In this document: piece after piece, positions 11,838-23,678 of the stretch
Numbering within the stretch: position 1 is the stretch's first letter
Layout: the number at the start of each line of letters is the position of its first letter
Source of the DNA: an uncultured Hormoscilla sp.
GTDB lineage: Bacteria; Cyanobacteriota; Cyanobacteriia; Cyanobacteriales; Desertifilaceae
Direction of reading: 5' to 3'
Length of the DNA: 64,000 bases
Assembly (NCBI GenBank): GCA_963921275.4
Contig: OZ001293.3
Coordinates: 6,592,001 to 6,656,000, forward strand
The notes under the pieces: generated by a model
Told to the model about the DNA's origin: nothing
The model's database searches: none
The model's input: only the letters and a program-made list of their open reading frames with translations
Program-made: the position numbers and the translations under genes

Positions 11838-13210
11838 ACGTGAGTTCGACAGACGTAAAACGCGCTCTCGTCTTGCCAGTCAAGACTTCCGGAATTTTGG
11901 CAGCAGGAATTAATTTTCAATAATCGCAGCTAGTTGATAATTTATGTTGCAACTAGCTACGATTATTGAAAATAGCTTGTGCCGAACAGATCGCGGCCTG
12001 GCATAGTTTTTTGTTTGAGTTTAAGGACTGGCAGGGTTATATGCTAGTCACCTTTGACTAGAAGAGGGCTTAATCAGTAAACGCTCCGCTTCGATGTCTC
12101 CCGGACGCACGGCGAAAACCCGAAAGACATCGCCTGCTCATCAATTTTTTCCGTAGAGGCTCTCGCCTTGTCAAGTTTTTATAGACAAACATGCATTTTT
12201 ATTCTAAATACCAGAGTACGAGCGTTATTAATTTGACGAAGTTAAGTAACTGTTTCGTCCCAAAAGTAAAGCACCAGACCTATAATAAAGATAGTTCTCA
12301 TGAGGTCTGGTGTTATGAAAATTAAAAATCGTCTCGATCTTACTCAAATTTTTTGCGATATGGATGATTTTTGCCAAAATTTTGAATATTATTGGCAGCA
12401 GCAACCACTGTTGACTTCTTTCACCAGTGAAAAATTATGCCGTTCAAGGATGAATTTGAGTGAAGTCATGACCATTGTAATTGCTTTCCATGGTTCTGGC
12501 TTTAAAACATTTAAAGAGTTTTATACTCTACAAGTACCACTGGCATAAAGCTTTCCCAAAAATCTGGTCAGCTATAATCGTTTCGTAGAGTTAATGCCTT
12601 GGTCATTAATGTCTGCAGTGTTTTTTTTTACAAACGAGACGCCGCAAAATTACTGGTATTAGCTTCGTTGATTCGACTCCCATTGAAGTCTGTCATCCCT
12701 GCCGTTCCAAGTCTCATAAGTATTTAAAGGTTTAGTTGGTTGGGGGAAAAATTCTATGGGATGGCATTATGGTTTCAAGCTACTTATTAATGACCAAGGG
12801 GAACTGCTTGCCGCTCACACGGGCGCAATGTTGACGCTCGTCAACCGGTGCCTGAATTAACTAAAGATCTAATTGGTAAACTTTTTGGCGAGCGCGGATA
12901 TCTTTCGCAAGATTTATTTGAAAAACTCTACCAGCAAGGTTTAGAAATGATTACCAGACGTAAGAAGAATATGAAACAGAAGTTGATTAAATTAATAGAC
13001 AAAATTTTATTACGTAAACGAGCACTGATTGAAACAGTTAATGACCAACTAAAAAACATTTTTCAAATAGAACATTCCCGACACAGAAGTGTGTGGAATT
13101 TTTTGGTCAATCTTTTAGCAGGGTTAACAGCGTACACATATTTACCTAAAAAACCCTCCCTCGACTTGATACCAAAAAGCTTACCTGCTCTACCACCTGC
13201 TGTGTTTTAA
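11838..13210 (+). mobile_element. IS982-family element, frameshifted transposase, right TIR missing
   Basis: Left end [51 protein letters not shown]. Confidence 0.85.
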
Positions 13211-13278
13211 ATCACAGGATTTTTGCTCTTTGCAACCAGAGCGCATGCTTCGGTAATTTAACTTCCGGCTCGATTTGC

Positions 13279-13699
13279 TCATTCGATAAATATAAAAATA
13301 ATTTTGCCTATGTACTTATTAGTCAAAGCCTGCTTGACTTCCGGTCTGTGGGCGATCGCCTGGCGCAAGGAAGCAGGTTTATTAGCGGCCCGGACCGACA
13401 AAGCCGCCGGCTTAGGGGCCTCTGTGATCGGTCCCTGGGCCAAAGCTGGCCGTATCCCTTGCGGGAGCGCTAGCCGTTCTCCAAACAAATAAACCAACCA
13501 TTTATACCAATGATTTTGTTGGCCATTATCGAGACCCAAAGCCACCTGTTCGCAAGCATCCCGCCAAATACCCGCCTCTAGTTTTGGCGGGAATAAAAGG
13601 TAACCCATCTCCTCACACCAGGCGCTCGATGTTCTCCGTCTGACCAGTACCCGAACCAACATGCCAGTCGCTGTCTATTTTTAAGATAATTTTGCTCAT
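13279..13699 (-). pseudogene. type III-D CRISPR RAMP (Cas7-like) N-terminal fragment
   Basis: MSKIILKIDSDWHVGSGTG..DGLPFIPAK..GIWRDACEQVALGLD..LFG across frameshifts. Confidence 0.72.
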
Positions 13700-13701
13700 A
13701 G

Positions 13702-14234
13702 TCAAACACTCTGACCCTTAAGAAAATTTGCCGCCGAGATCGCATCTAAGAAGCCCGTCACATTAATTATAGTAGACTCTGCTGATTCTTGCCAAAAGAG
13801 CGATCGCGGTTCCTCTTTTTTTTCTACCAATGCTGCCAACCCCTGTTTTTCCTAGCGTTCATAAATCAGTTGCAACTTAGCATCCGCCTTACCCAAAAAC
13901 AGGCCCTCGATGTCTCCTGTGTGCCGTAAGCGCTGCGCTGGGGGCGCAGCCATGTCCCCTGGGACAAGAGCAAGGAGCAGAGACATCGAAGCGCAGATCG
14001 TGCATTTGGCTATTCGGTTTTCTTGCGCTTACCCTCATCATCCTTAGTTTGTAAAATATTCACCCGCGAGATTAACTTTTCTCAGCGATGTAACTGGGAC
14101 CATTCCCAATTACTTGCCCCCCGCAAATCCTCGGCCTTCGTAATAATATAAGGACCGCCCCAAAGTTTATTTTTCTGTGCGTCTAAATCTAATTTTTCCC
14201 GAATAAGGTCCAACTCAACCCCGGAAGCATCGTA
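13702..14234 (-). pseudogene. cas10: type III-D Cas10 C-terminal fragment
   Basis: YDASGVELDLIREKL..GGPYII..PNSQMHDLR-EGLFLGK..SLFWQ..GFLDAISAANF; stop lies 2 nt before the RAMP start. Confidence 0.62.
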
Positions 14235-14477
14235 TCAAGAACGAGCTGGACAAACTGAAAAACCGGTTGTCTCAAAACAGTTCCGTTCCCCCTTCACAAG
14301 ACATTGTCAAGAAACCTTCTGATAAAAGCAAGCGCAAAAAAGGAAAAAAGCGCGGTCCCAAATATAATCACTGTGGCAAGACACGCTCCGGGATTTGGAG
14401 TGCCAGACCACATAGAAAAGCGATTGCCGCAGAGTTGTCCTGCTTGCGGGGATAATGTAGATCCAGTGGCAGGAGCT
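14235..14477 (+). mobile_element. IS66-family transposase N-terminal fragment
   Basis: SQNSSVPPSQD..KRGPKYNHCGKTR..PQSCPACG. Confidence 0.7.
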
Positions 14478-15251
14478 ACCCTCCCGTTCGGAACCGGACT
14501 CTCTTTACCGCATCCGGCTACTGGGTAGTAGGCCCGTTGTCAATGGCCGGTAACTTTTGGATTACTCCCGTTGTCCCTTGTCTCACGCGATTTGACTCCT
14601 TTACTGGTTGGTGTTTTACCAGTAATTTATTCCTCAATCACCGACTAGCTTTCGCTATCACATCAGCGACGGGCTTATAACATACTTAGAGCTACTTTTG
14701 CCCGAGACTTCCTACTATCACCGACCGACGTCAGCCTATCCACAGACATTACCCTGGGCATTAGCTTCTGAGGCCATCTTTCCCACCCGTGGCTTGCGCT
14801 TCACATCTGACTGGTCCTATTGGACAGCTCACGAGAGGTTACTTCGTTCCCTAGTATCCGGAGGGTGACGCTTTTAGGTTCCTACTATACCCCGGTAGTT
14901 ATCTGAGTACGAAAAAGACGAATCGCTACCGTTAGTACTAACTACGTCACCATTTTGGTCCGGCGCATATAGCCTTATTTCGCCGGTTTATGTTTACGAG
15001 GCTTGCATAGATTTGCCTGTTCTAACCATGAGCGTCTAACAAGCGCGGAGTCACCAGTTTAGGCTACCAGCTATCCTACATTTAAGTCCTCGCTCGCCAC
15101 CACGGTGATGTTATTCCGCAGCAGTGAGGACCGGTAGTACCCTCGACCCCCCGTACCTGGGGAGAGGGAATTTAACCCCCATGAATACCAGAGTTACTAG
15201 TTTCCTAGGCTAGCGTTCCGTGTTTACACGTTAGGCTAGAACTCATCGCAC
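14478..15251 (-). mobile_element. ORF-less group IIB intron, DVI truncated
   Basis: GTGCGATGAG at 15251; DV present; 3' half of DVI missing. Confidence 0.88.
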
Positions 15252-15339
15252 GGCAATCTACTTAACAGATGCATAGGGCTTGTAATTTATCTCTTTCTTC
15301 CTTTCTCAACAAGCCCTACTTTTTGCGGTGAGCAGTTAC

Positions 15340-15959
15340 CAAATTCATCCTTGAACGGCATAATTTTTCACTGGTGAAAGAAGTCAACAGTGGTTGCTGC
15401 TGCCAATAATATTCAAAATTTTGGCAAAAATCATCCACATCGCAAAAAATTTGAGTAAGATCGAGACGATTTTTAATTTTCATAACACCAGACCTCATGA
15501 GAACTATCTTTATTATAGGTCTGGTGCTTTACTTTTGGGACGAAACAGTTACTTAACTTCGTCAAATTAATAACGCTCGTACTCTGGTACTTGAAATAAA
15601 AATGCATGTTTGTCTATAAAAACTTGACAAGGCGAGAGCCTCTACGGAAAAAATTGATGAGCAAGCGATGTCTCCCGGGTTTCGCCGTGCGTCCGGGAGA
15701 CATCGAAGCGGAGCGTTTGCTGATTAAGCCCTCTTCTAGTCAAAGATGACCAGCATATAACCCTGCCAGTTCTTAAACTCAAACAAAAAACTATGCCAGG
15801 CCGCGATCTGTTCGGCACAAGCTATTTTCAATAATCGTAGCTAGTTGCAACATAAATTATCAACTAGCTGCGATTATTGAAAATTAATTCCTGCTGCCAA
15901 AATTCCGGAAGTCTTGACTGGCAAGACGAGAGCGCGTTTTACGTCTGTCGAACTCACGT
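15340..15959 (-). mobile_element. truncated second IS982 copy (left about 620 bp)
   Basis: Near-identical inverted copy of 11838-12458. Confidence 0.88.
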
Positions 15960-16450
15960 TGCCAGAGGCCCTCAAAGAATTTGACGACTGGGACCATCCA
16001 CGGGTACTTCAGGGCCTATGTTACGGGCGCATCGTCACCGCATTGTTAACTATGGCTACTATCAAGCCGAGGGGATGCAAGATTGGTTCAGGAGACGTAG
16101 AATCAACGATACACAGAAGGCAGCACGGCCTCTCGCTCTCGGGAGCACAGTGGAAAGCCTAAAGATGTCCCCCATGCGGCATCGCTGCGCTTATCTCAAT
16201 GGAGTATTTTCAAGGGTTTGTCAATCTTGACATTAACTGATGCCGACTAATAGACTGGAGCTCTCCTGCGTTTATAGTGATAAATGTATTGACGGATCAC
16301 AAATTGGGCGGAGAAAAAAGGCTGAAACACTTGATTAGGCGTACATATAAGTTTGACTTATCACTATAAGTAGAGGAGACCCTAGACTGGCCTGTTAGTG
16401 ACAGAAAAACTTTTGAGTATTTTTTCTCATTGCCAAATTGGGATGCACCC
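15960..16450 (+). mobile_element. ISKra4-family 3' remnant
   Basis: HRHRIVNYGYYQAEG..IGSGDVES..SGAQWK; right end TTGCCAAATTGGGATGCACCC. Confidence 0.75.
16259..16382. mobile_element. 124-bp MITE with 8-bp TSD
   Basis: tagactgg on both sides; imperfect TIR tctcct..ttatagtgataa / ttatcactataa..aggaga. Confidence 0.72.
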
Positions 16451-16904
16451 TCTGGATGCCAATAGCGAGCCTCAACCAGATGTATTATTAAGAATAGAGC
16501 CCGAGGTGGGAGGCAACTCTATCATTAGTGAAGATGACTACATTGAAGGTGCGCCGGAACTAATTGTCGAAATTGCCGCCAGCAGCGCAGCTTACGATCT
16601 CAATGATAAACTCAATGCCTATCGTCGCAATGGCGTGATGGAATATATTGTCTGGCAAATCTATGAGAACAGAGTTGATTGGTTTCGTCTGGAAGCAGGA
16701 CGCTATGTCCCTCTTAACCCTGATGACAAGGGCATTATCGCTAGCATTGTGTTCCCCGGTTTGTGGTTATCGGTCTTAGCACTGCGCCAAAGAAACCAGG
16801 GTGAACTTTTTGCAGTTTTGCAGTCGGGTTTGCAGAGTCAGGCCCATCAAGAATTTGTCCGGCGTATGGAATACTCTGGAAATGTTATAGACCCCGATAA
16901 ATAG
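16451..16904 (+). pseudogene. Uma2-family endonuclease, 5' truncated by IS
   Basis: EPQPD..EGAPELIVEIAASS..K..YRRNGVMEYIVW. Confidence 0.85.
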
Positions 16905-16954
16905 CCCAGAAACCGGGTTTCTTAACCCAAAAATGTTATAGCCCCCCGATCGAC

Positions 16955-18048
16955 ATGGTACAATCTCAAACAAGACCGCATCCGACCTGGTCGAGTGAAA
17001 CAGAGTTAATCGGATTAGAATTTGAACTGGAATCTTCCCAAGGGGGAACCCTATATCCCCAGTACGCGATCGCCTTACACGCCTGGTTTCTGGATCTGGT
17101 CCGTCAACTGGACCCCAAGTTATCAGCCAAGCTGCACGACAATCAACAGGAAAAAGCCTTTGCCATCTCGGGACTATCGGGGCCGATCGCCTCATCAGGG
17201 AAGCAATTATTATTAGCAGCAGGGGAAACCTATCGCTGGTACGTGAGTGTTTTTTCTGGGGAAGTAGCAAAATGGATGCAGGACTGGATAGCAGTATTAC
17301 CCAATAGCTTGCCATTGCGACAAGCACCCCTGCAAATCAAATCAGTGGCGATCGCGCCGGACACGCCAGCAACCACCTATAAAAAACTATTTCAAGTAGA
17401 ACCCCGACAGAAACTAGGACTAAGCTTTTGCAGTCCCACCAGCTTTCGGCGTAGCGGAGTCCATTTTACCCTACCAGTTCCCTTCAATCTTTTCCACAGC
17501 TACCTGCGTCGGTGGAAAAGATTGAAGGGAATAGAGATGGAGAGCGCCGAATTTCTCGAATGGGTGGATAAATCTGTATGGATAACCCAACATCGTCTAG
17601 AATCAGCAAAAGTGGCAGTGGGAAAAAAAGGCATGGTGACGGGATTCATTGGCTCCGTGGAGTTAAGCTTTACTAAAGATGCTTACTCCTCACCAGAATT
17701 CATGGGTTTAGTGTCCAGCTTAGTACAATTTGCCCCTATTGCGGCGCGGGTCACAAAACCACCTTTGGACTGGGACAAACCCGCTTGGGTTGGCGAAGCG
17801 AGGCCATCAGACTGCCATCTTCACAATAACTGCTAGCACAGCGAATCGAAGACTTGACTGCACAATTAATGGCCACTCAGAAACGCACCGGCGGCGCGTG
17901 GAACTCTTGCGAAATTCGAGCTACAATTCTCCCACGGCAAGAATTTGGTGAATCCTTACAGGAGATCGCCGCCGATTTAGAAATGCCTTACGAAACCGTC
18001 AAAACCTATGGTAAACTGGCCAGGCGAGCCCTTAACAATCTGGGATAG
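16955..18048 (+). pseudogene. cas6: CRISPR endoribonuclease Cas6 with C-terminal HTH, frameshifted
   Basis: LHAWFLD, FCSPTSFRR, GFIG; the Gly loop GHKTTFGLGQTRLG is in a shifted frame near 17750; HTH LQEIAADLEMPYETVKTY. Confidence 0.85.
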
Positions 18049-18154
18049 CAATGGGGAAATGTAAAGAATCGTTACAATATTCAACAGGCAGCCCGTTAGA
18101 GATGGGTTTAATATAATCGAGGATACTGGAGGCTGCAAGTAAGAGGAAAAACCA

Positions 18155-18495
18155 ATGGAAGAGAAAAAAGCTTACCCAGAAGACAATGGAGAAAAAACTG
18201 GCCGATCGCGTAGCGTGGCGCAGCCATGCTTGGTTCGCAAATTGACAAGCTGCAAGGGAAAGCGGAAAAAGCAGGGGGAGATGCCAAAGCGGAGCTAAAT
18301 CAGCAGATTAAAGCCTTAAAACAAAAATGGGATGCCGCCAAGAAGAAAATGGCGGAATTGAATAATTCAAAAGACGAAGCGTGGAAAAAGCTCAAGTCAG
18401 GTATGCAAAGTGCTTGGGACGAACTCAGCAGTGCTGTAGACAAGGCCGGATCTAAATTCGATAAAAAGAAATGGCGTTGCACATTTTGGGGATGA
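18155..18495 (+). pseudogene. small coiled-coil stress-type protein (Sll1863-like), disrupted
   Basis: MEEKKAY..QIDKLQGKAEKA..AWKKLKSGMQSAWDEL; short-repeat insertion near 18203 and MITE at the stop codon. Confidence 0.55.
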
Positions 18496-18608
18496 TGGTG
18501 GCTCTTGATGTTGTCAGTTATCATTTTTCACAAGTCATTATACATGAAACATGGTCGCTAGAGGCTCCCTGGGGGTGGTCAACATACATCCAGTCGTTGT
18601 GCAACGCC
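18473..18608. mobile_element. MITE, GGCGTTGCACA termini
   Basis: Perfect 8-bp TSD aaagaaat. Confidence 0.85.
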
Positions 18609-18693
18609 AAAGAAATAAGTAGGTCGTAGTCCGGGCGGATGGCCTGGGAGTGCCTGTCTGTTTTAACATCCCAAAACACTAGCTAACAAGAAG

Positions 18694-18999
18694 CTATTGC
18701 TCTTGCATCAACCGCAAGTACTTCTGCTTTAATTGTATATTAGTTTGAGCCATCCGTTCTGACAGCTCCTTTTCTACATCGCAGATTTGCTGCCAAAACG
18801 TAGCTGACCGGTTGGCCGCCAGGAATTCATTCCAGAGAATCTTCAGCAAATCAGCTGCTTGAGGGTTCTCTGCCCCTAGGCGATCGCACAGCTGCGCAAA
18901 TTCTACAGATGCTTTCGCCCCGTCTGAGATATCCCTGGCCCGTTCCACACAGGCTCGCAGTTGGGCCACGTAATCGAGAGACACATTCTGAGTTGTCAT
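18694..18999 (-). CDS. conserved cyanobacterial hypothetical protein
   Basis: Helical ORF ending SATFWQQICDVEKELSERM..YLRLMQEQ. Confidence 0.65.
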   Translation of the reverse strand: MTTQNVSLDYVAQLRACVERARDISDGAKASVEFAQLCDRLGAENPQAADLLKILWNEFLAANRSATFWQQICDVEKELSERMAQTNIQLKQKYLRLMQEQ

Positions 19000-19205
19000 A
19001 TTATCTAGACAAAATATACGACAAAAGATGGCTTGACTGCCAATATAGCTATTATAGCTTAACAAATCTTAAAAAAAGTTAATATTGGCCCGATCCAGAG
19101 TAAGATATTTCTAACTAGCAGGGGACTAGGGAGTTCCGTGATGGGCCAAAACTAAGACAGGTAATAGTTTGGGGAAATATTCATAGAGGAATTAAACTAG
19201 AAATT

Positions 19206-20213
19206 ATGAGCAAGCAATGTATTCTTTCCGGGGTTCAACCAACCGGCAATCTGCATCTGGGTAACTATATCGGTGCCATTCGCAACTGGGTAGAAGGACA
19301 GAACCAATATGAAAATTACTTCTGCGTGGTAGATTTACACGCGATTACAGTACCTCACAACCCAGCGACCCTAGCAGCTGATAGCTATACTATAGCCGCG
19401 CTATATCTAGCTTGCGGCATAGACTTAACATATAGTACAATATTTATCCAGTCCCATATATCGGCTCACAGCGAACTAACCTGGCTGCTAAACTGCATTA
19501 CACCGCTAAACTGGCTGTCCGACATGATCCAGTTTAAGGAAAAAGCAGTGAAGCAAGGGGAAAATGTCGGCACGGGGTTGCTAGACTATCCCGTACTGAT
19601 GGCAGCTGATATCTTGCTGTACCAAGCGGATAAAGTGCCAGTGGGAGAAGATCAGAAGCAACATCTGGAACTGACTCGGGACATAGCAGTCAGGTTTAAC
19701 CACCAGTTTGGGAATGGTCAGACAATTTTGAAATTACCAGAACCGCTCATCCGTAAAGAAGGGGCAAGGGTGATGAGTTTGACAGATGGGACGAAGAAAA
19801 TGTCCAAGTCAGACCCCTCGGAACTAAGTCGGATCGACTTGCTCTCTTCAAAAGAGGCGATCGCCAAAAAGATTAAGCGCTGCAAGACGGATCCGGTGCG
19901 GGGTTTGGAGTTTGACAACCCGAAACGTCCAGAATGTCATAACCTGTTGACACTTTATATGCTGCTGTCTGGAAAAAGTAAGTCAGATGTCGCCGCAGAA
20001 TGTCAGGATATGGGATGGGGTCAGTTTAAGCCCTTGCTGACGGAGACGGTAATTCAGGCGTTGCAGCCAATTCAAGAAAAATACGATGGCATAATGGCCT
20101 CAAAGGGATATCTAGAGTCAGTGCTGCGAGAAGGACGTCAAAAGGCAGAGGCGATCGCCAACCAAACCCTAACCAAAGTAAAAGCAGCCCTAGGTTACTC
20201 GCAACCATTATAA
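19206..20213 (+). CDS. trpS: tryptophan--tRNA ligase
   Basis: HLGN and KMSKS motifs, VPVGEDQKQHLE. Confidence 0.98.
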   Translation: MSKQCILSGVQPTGNLHLGNYIGAIRNWVEGQNQYENYFCVVDLHAITVPHNPATLAADSYTIAALYLACGIDLTYSTIFIQSHISAHSELTWLLNCITPLNWLSDMIQFKEKAVKQGENVGTGLLDYPVLMAADILLYQADKVPVGEDQKQHLELTRDIAVRFNHQFGNGQTILKLPEPLIRKEGARVMSLTDGTKKMSKSDPSELSRIDLLSSKEAIAKKIKRCKTDPVRGLEFDNPKRPECHNLLTLYMLLSGKSKSDVAAECQDMGWGQFKPLLTETVIQALQPIQEKYDGIMASKGYLESVLREGRQKAEAIANQTLTKVKAALGYSQPL

Positions 20214-20272
20214 AGTATGTAGAGCACCGTCTAGCTGCCACCATTGAGGATGAAAATATAAAAAGTAGCAGA

Positions 20273-21196
20273 ATGACCGATTTAAGTCACAAGTTGAAAC
20301 CATCTTTTCGTGCAGCAGTTGCAACTGGAGAATTTTTGATCACCGCAGAGATAGCGCCACCCAAAGGGGGGGATCCGGCACATATGGTGAAGATGGCGCA
20401 ACTGCTCGAGGGTAGAGTGCATGCAGTCAATATTACCGATGGCAGTCGCGCCGTGCTGCGGATGTGTCCCCTAGCAGCATCGGTGATTTTATTGCAGTCC
20501 GGAATTGAACCAGTATGCCAGGTTGCTTGTCGCGATCGCAACCGCATAGGTTTGCAAGCTGACCTCATGGGCGCATATGCTTTGGGGATTCATAACATTT
20601 TAGCCTTGACTGGGGACCCGGTCAAGGCGGGAGATCATCCTGATGCTAAAGGAGTATTTGACCTCGAATCAGTTCGCTTACTCCAGCTGATTGATAAACT
20701 CAATCACGGCGTAGACGCCAATGAAAAGCCACTGACAGATGGTGCTTTAGACATATTTGCAGGTGCAGCAGTCGATCCACAGCTGAAAAGCTGGTTGGGT
20801 TTACAGAGTCGGTTTGAAAAGAAGTTAGCAGCTGGGGCGCAGTTTTTCCAAAGCCAGCTGATTACCGATTTCGATCGCTTAGAAAAGTTTATGAATCAGA
20901 TCGCCGCCGGAGTTGACAAACCGATACTGGCAGGAATATTTCTGCTAAAATCAGCGAAAAACGCCAAATTCATCAATCGGAAAGTTCCCGGCGTGCAGAT
21001 TCCTGATGAGATTATAGACCGCTTAGCAGCAGCAGCAGATCCTCTACAGGAAGGGATGAAAATTGCAGCAGAACAAGTGCTTCTAGCACGTCAGTTATGT
21101 CAAGGCGTCCACCTGATGGCAGTCAGGCGAGAAGATTTGATTCCCCAAATCCTTGATTTAGCAGGAATTCCGCCGTTGAGTAATGCTGAAGAGTAA
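20273..21196 (+). CDS. metF: methylenetetrahydrofolate reductase
   Basis: EIAPPKG, ACRDRNRIGL, LALTGDP, GAQFFQSQ. Confidence 0.92.
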   Translation: MTDLSHKLKPSFRAAVATGEFLITAEIAPPKGGDPAHMVKMAQLLEGRVHAVNITDGSRAVLRMCPLAASVILLQSGIEPVCQVACRDRNRIGLQADLMGAYALGIHNILALTGDPVKAGDHPDAKGVFDLESVRLLQLIDKLNHGVDANEKPLTDGALDIFAGAAVDPQLKSWLGLQSRFEKKLAAGAQFFQSQLITDFDRLEKFMNQIAAGVDKPILAGIFLLKSAKNAKFINRKVPGVQIPDEIIDRLAAAADPLQEGMKIAAEQVLLARQLCQGVHLMAVRREDLIPQILDLAGIPPLSNAEE

Positions 21197-21246
21197 TTGA
21201 CATTCCCCGGCGGTTCCAGTAACAACTAACAACTGACAACTGACCT

Positions 21247-23666
21247 TTAATTCCAATTGCCAATAACGGTGAAAGCGGACCAAAAGTAGGGATGAGAGAG
21301 AGTGGTCAGGCCGGTATCGGCAATTTCTTCTGGGATAGGGATAACCCGATCGGGCAGTTGTAACTGTCCATCTTTAATGAGGACTTGTTCTTTAAGCATA
21401 GCCAACTGAGCCTGTCTCAAAGCCTCAGTTTTCAGGGGAGCAGTCTTCAATTGATGATAAAATTCACTCATCAGTGCCAGGGAACCCCGATCGCTGACAT
21501 ACCAAAGGCTACCAACTGCCGTCTTCACACCTGCTTGTAATGCTAAACCAGCAAATCCCAATTCTGCTTGTTCATTTCCCAAGGCCGTTTTACAGGCACT
21601 CAGAACCAGCAGTTCTACCTTTGGATCTGCACTCCACTGGGATTTTTCTGACAGTTGCCTGAGTCGATCCAATTGCAATTTTTCGTTCCAAAACTGAATG
21701 TAAGAATTCTCAATTTTACCCAGTTGAAATTCCGCGTGAGTTGCCACATGGATAATGCTATAGCTTTCGGCACTGTTTTGCAATTCAAAGTTAGCCAAAG
21801 TCGCTGCTTGATTGATAAATTGCTCTCCTCCCCAAATATCCCTTAATATGGGCAATTCCACAGCCACAGCAGGTAAAGGAGTCTGTCCTTGGGTACTTTC
21901 CGATACACCAAAAGCCACGTGCGTTTTTAATCGGACGGTAACGGCTATCTGTAAGGCTAAAACTTGGAGTCTGGGTCGAACTGGTACTCACGTACCAACC
22001 CTCCAAGAGCGAAACCTGAAGAGCGACTGGAACCGCACACGGCTACTGGTTGATAAGCCCTTGTCATGGGCAGGTAACTTTTGGATTACTCCCATTGTCC
22101 CTTGTCCTATGAAATTTTGCCCCTTATGGTCAGTCGTGGAGCCGTTAGCTACCTAACTCCGGAAGGTTTGCGGGGGTGAACCAGTAAACCACTAAATCCG
22201 CTCTTTACTTACATGTCCCTTATATTTGGGGCTCTGAATTTTTACCCGGTTAGGATTTAATCCACCATTACTCCCTAGGATTGCTCCTGGTTTAGTACAT
22301 TTAAGGGCTACTATCTCCCAGAACTTCTTACCATATCCGTCCTACGTCTGCATATCCTAGGCATTACCCCAGGCTTTGGCTTCTTAGGACATCCCTCCCA
22401 CGTGGGCTTGCGCTTGACATCTAACTTGTCCGTCGGTAGGACAGCACCACGGGGGTTACTTCGTTCCCTGGTATCATTTCACGAGGCTTTTAGGTCTCCC
22501 CTCTACACCGGCAGTCGTTTCGGGTACGATATCAGTGATTGATTAGCACTGATACGCGGACTACATGCACATTTTGTGCCAAGCGTGTCAGCCTCTTTTC
22601 GCTTGTTCGTGGTGACGATGCTTACAGGGATTTGCTTGTTCTAACCATGAACCTCTTTCCGATCGCGCAGCGTGGCGCAGCCATGCGGCGTCGGTCCCTG
22701 GGCTGAGACCTTATCCTTCATTTAAGTCTTTGCTCCACACCACGGCGATGTGGCTCCGCAGCACTAAGGACCGGTATCACCCCCGCACCTGGGGAAGGGG
22801 AATTTAACCCCCATGATGACCAGAGTTATCTGGCTAATGGAACCAGACCCGACTTTCACCATTACTGGTTTACGCCGGAACGAATCGCACAATCAAACCC
22901 ACAGCATACTTTTCAATCAGAAACTGTTTGCCATTGTTGAGGGCAGCAATAGGAAAAGAACGCAGACCTTTGTCCATTGAAAAAATTAAAGTATCTATTT
23001 GATTTTCCGTTAGCTCTGGTTCTAAAGGCGCAATCAGCCATTCATAAAGCTGTTTAGCAAAAGGCATGTAGCTTGTGGTTCTAATTTTTCTAGGATTGCT
23101 AACTTGAACGCGCAATTTATTGGCGAGTATTTTTACAATTCGACGCTTGGCTTTGGCAATCACTTTTCTTACATAATAAATGCTATTTTGTTTAGAAAAA
23201 TTATTACCACAAGCTCTAGCAGTAGGGATAACCAGCAACAGTTCTAATTGTTATTCTAACAACACAGTATAAATCAGTGCTGGCTTTTTACTTGTTTGTC
23301 TAAATAAGAGATCTAAAGACTCAGCTATTTCGCAAGGTGTAGTCGTTTGACCAAAGAGCCTTACCTCCAACTGTTTAGCATAGGTGAAGGCTTGCAGTTG
23401 TTCAAATTGCTCGATAGCTTGATTTCAATCAGCTTGAGAAAAGCGATTGTCAAAAGCATCCGATCGACTTCTACGTTACTAATGTTGCTATCTACGGGAA
23501 TTTATTGTAGATCGGACCGGGGAATATCTGGAATAATTTCCAGGGGATTAGGACCAGTGACATCGGACTGATTGCCACTTTGAGAATAAACAGGTGGTAT
23601 GGAGATTAAAATCAGGTTAATCGCGATCGCCAACCCTACCAGTCTTGATGCCTTACCAATTTTCAT
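21247..23666 (-). pseudogene. CHAT-domain protein with a sense-strand intron and frameshifts
   Basis: IHVATHA and LVLSACKT catalytic motifs; exons join as YAVGLI-PSFSLTD; stops in the 5' part. Confidence 0.85.
21968..22890 (-). mobile_element. ORF-less group IIB intron
   Basis: GTGCGATTCG...GACCCAGACT; removal restores the CHAT frame. Confidence 0.93.
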
Positions 23667-23678
23667 GGTTGTTTGTAC

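Noticed and set aside
18060..18076. NtcA site TGTAAAGAATCGTTACA
   Set aside because: Spacing is GTA-N9-TAC rather than N8; the palindrome may bind another regulator but cannot be assigned
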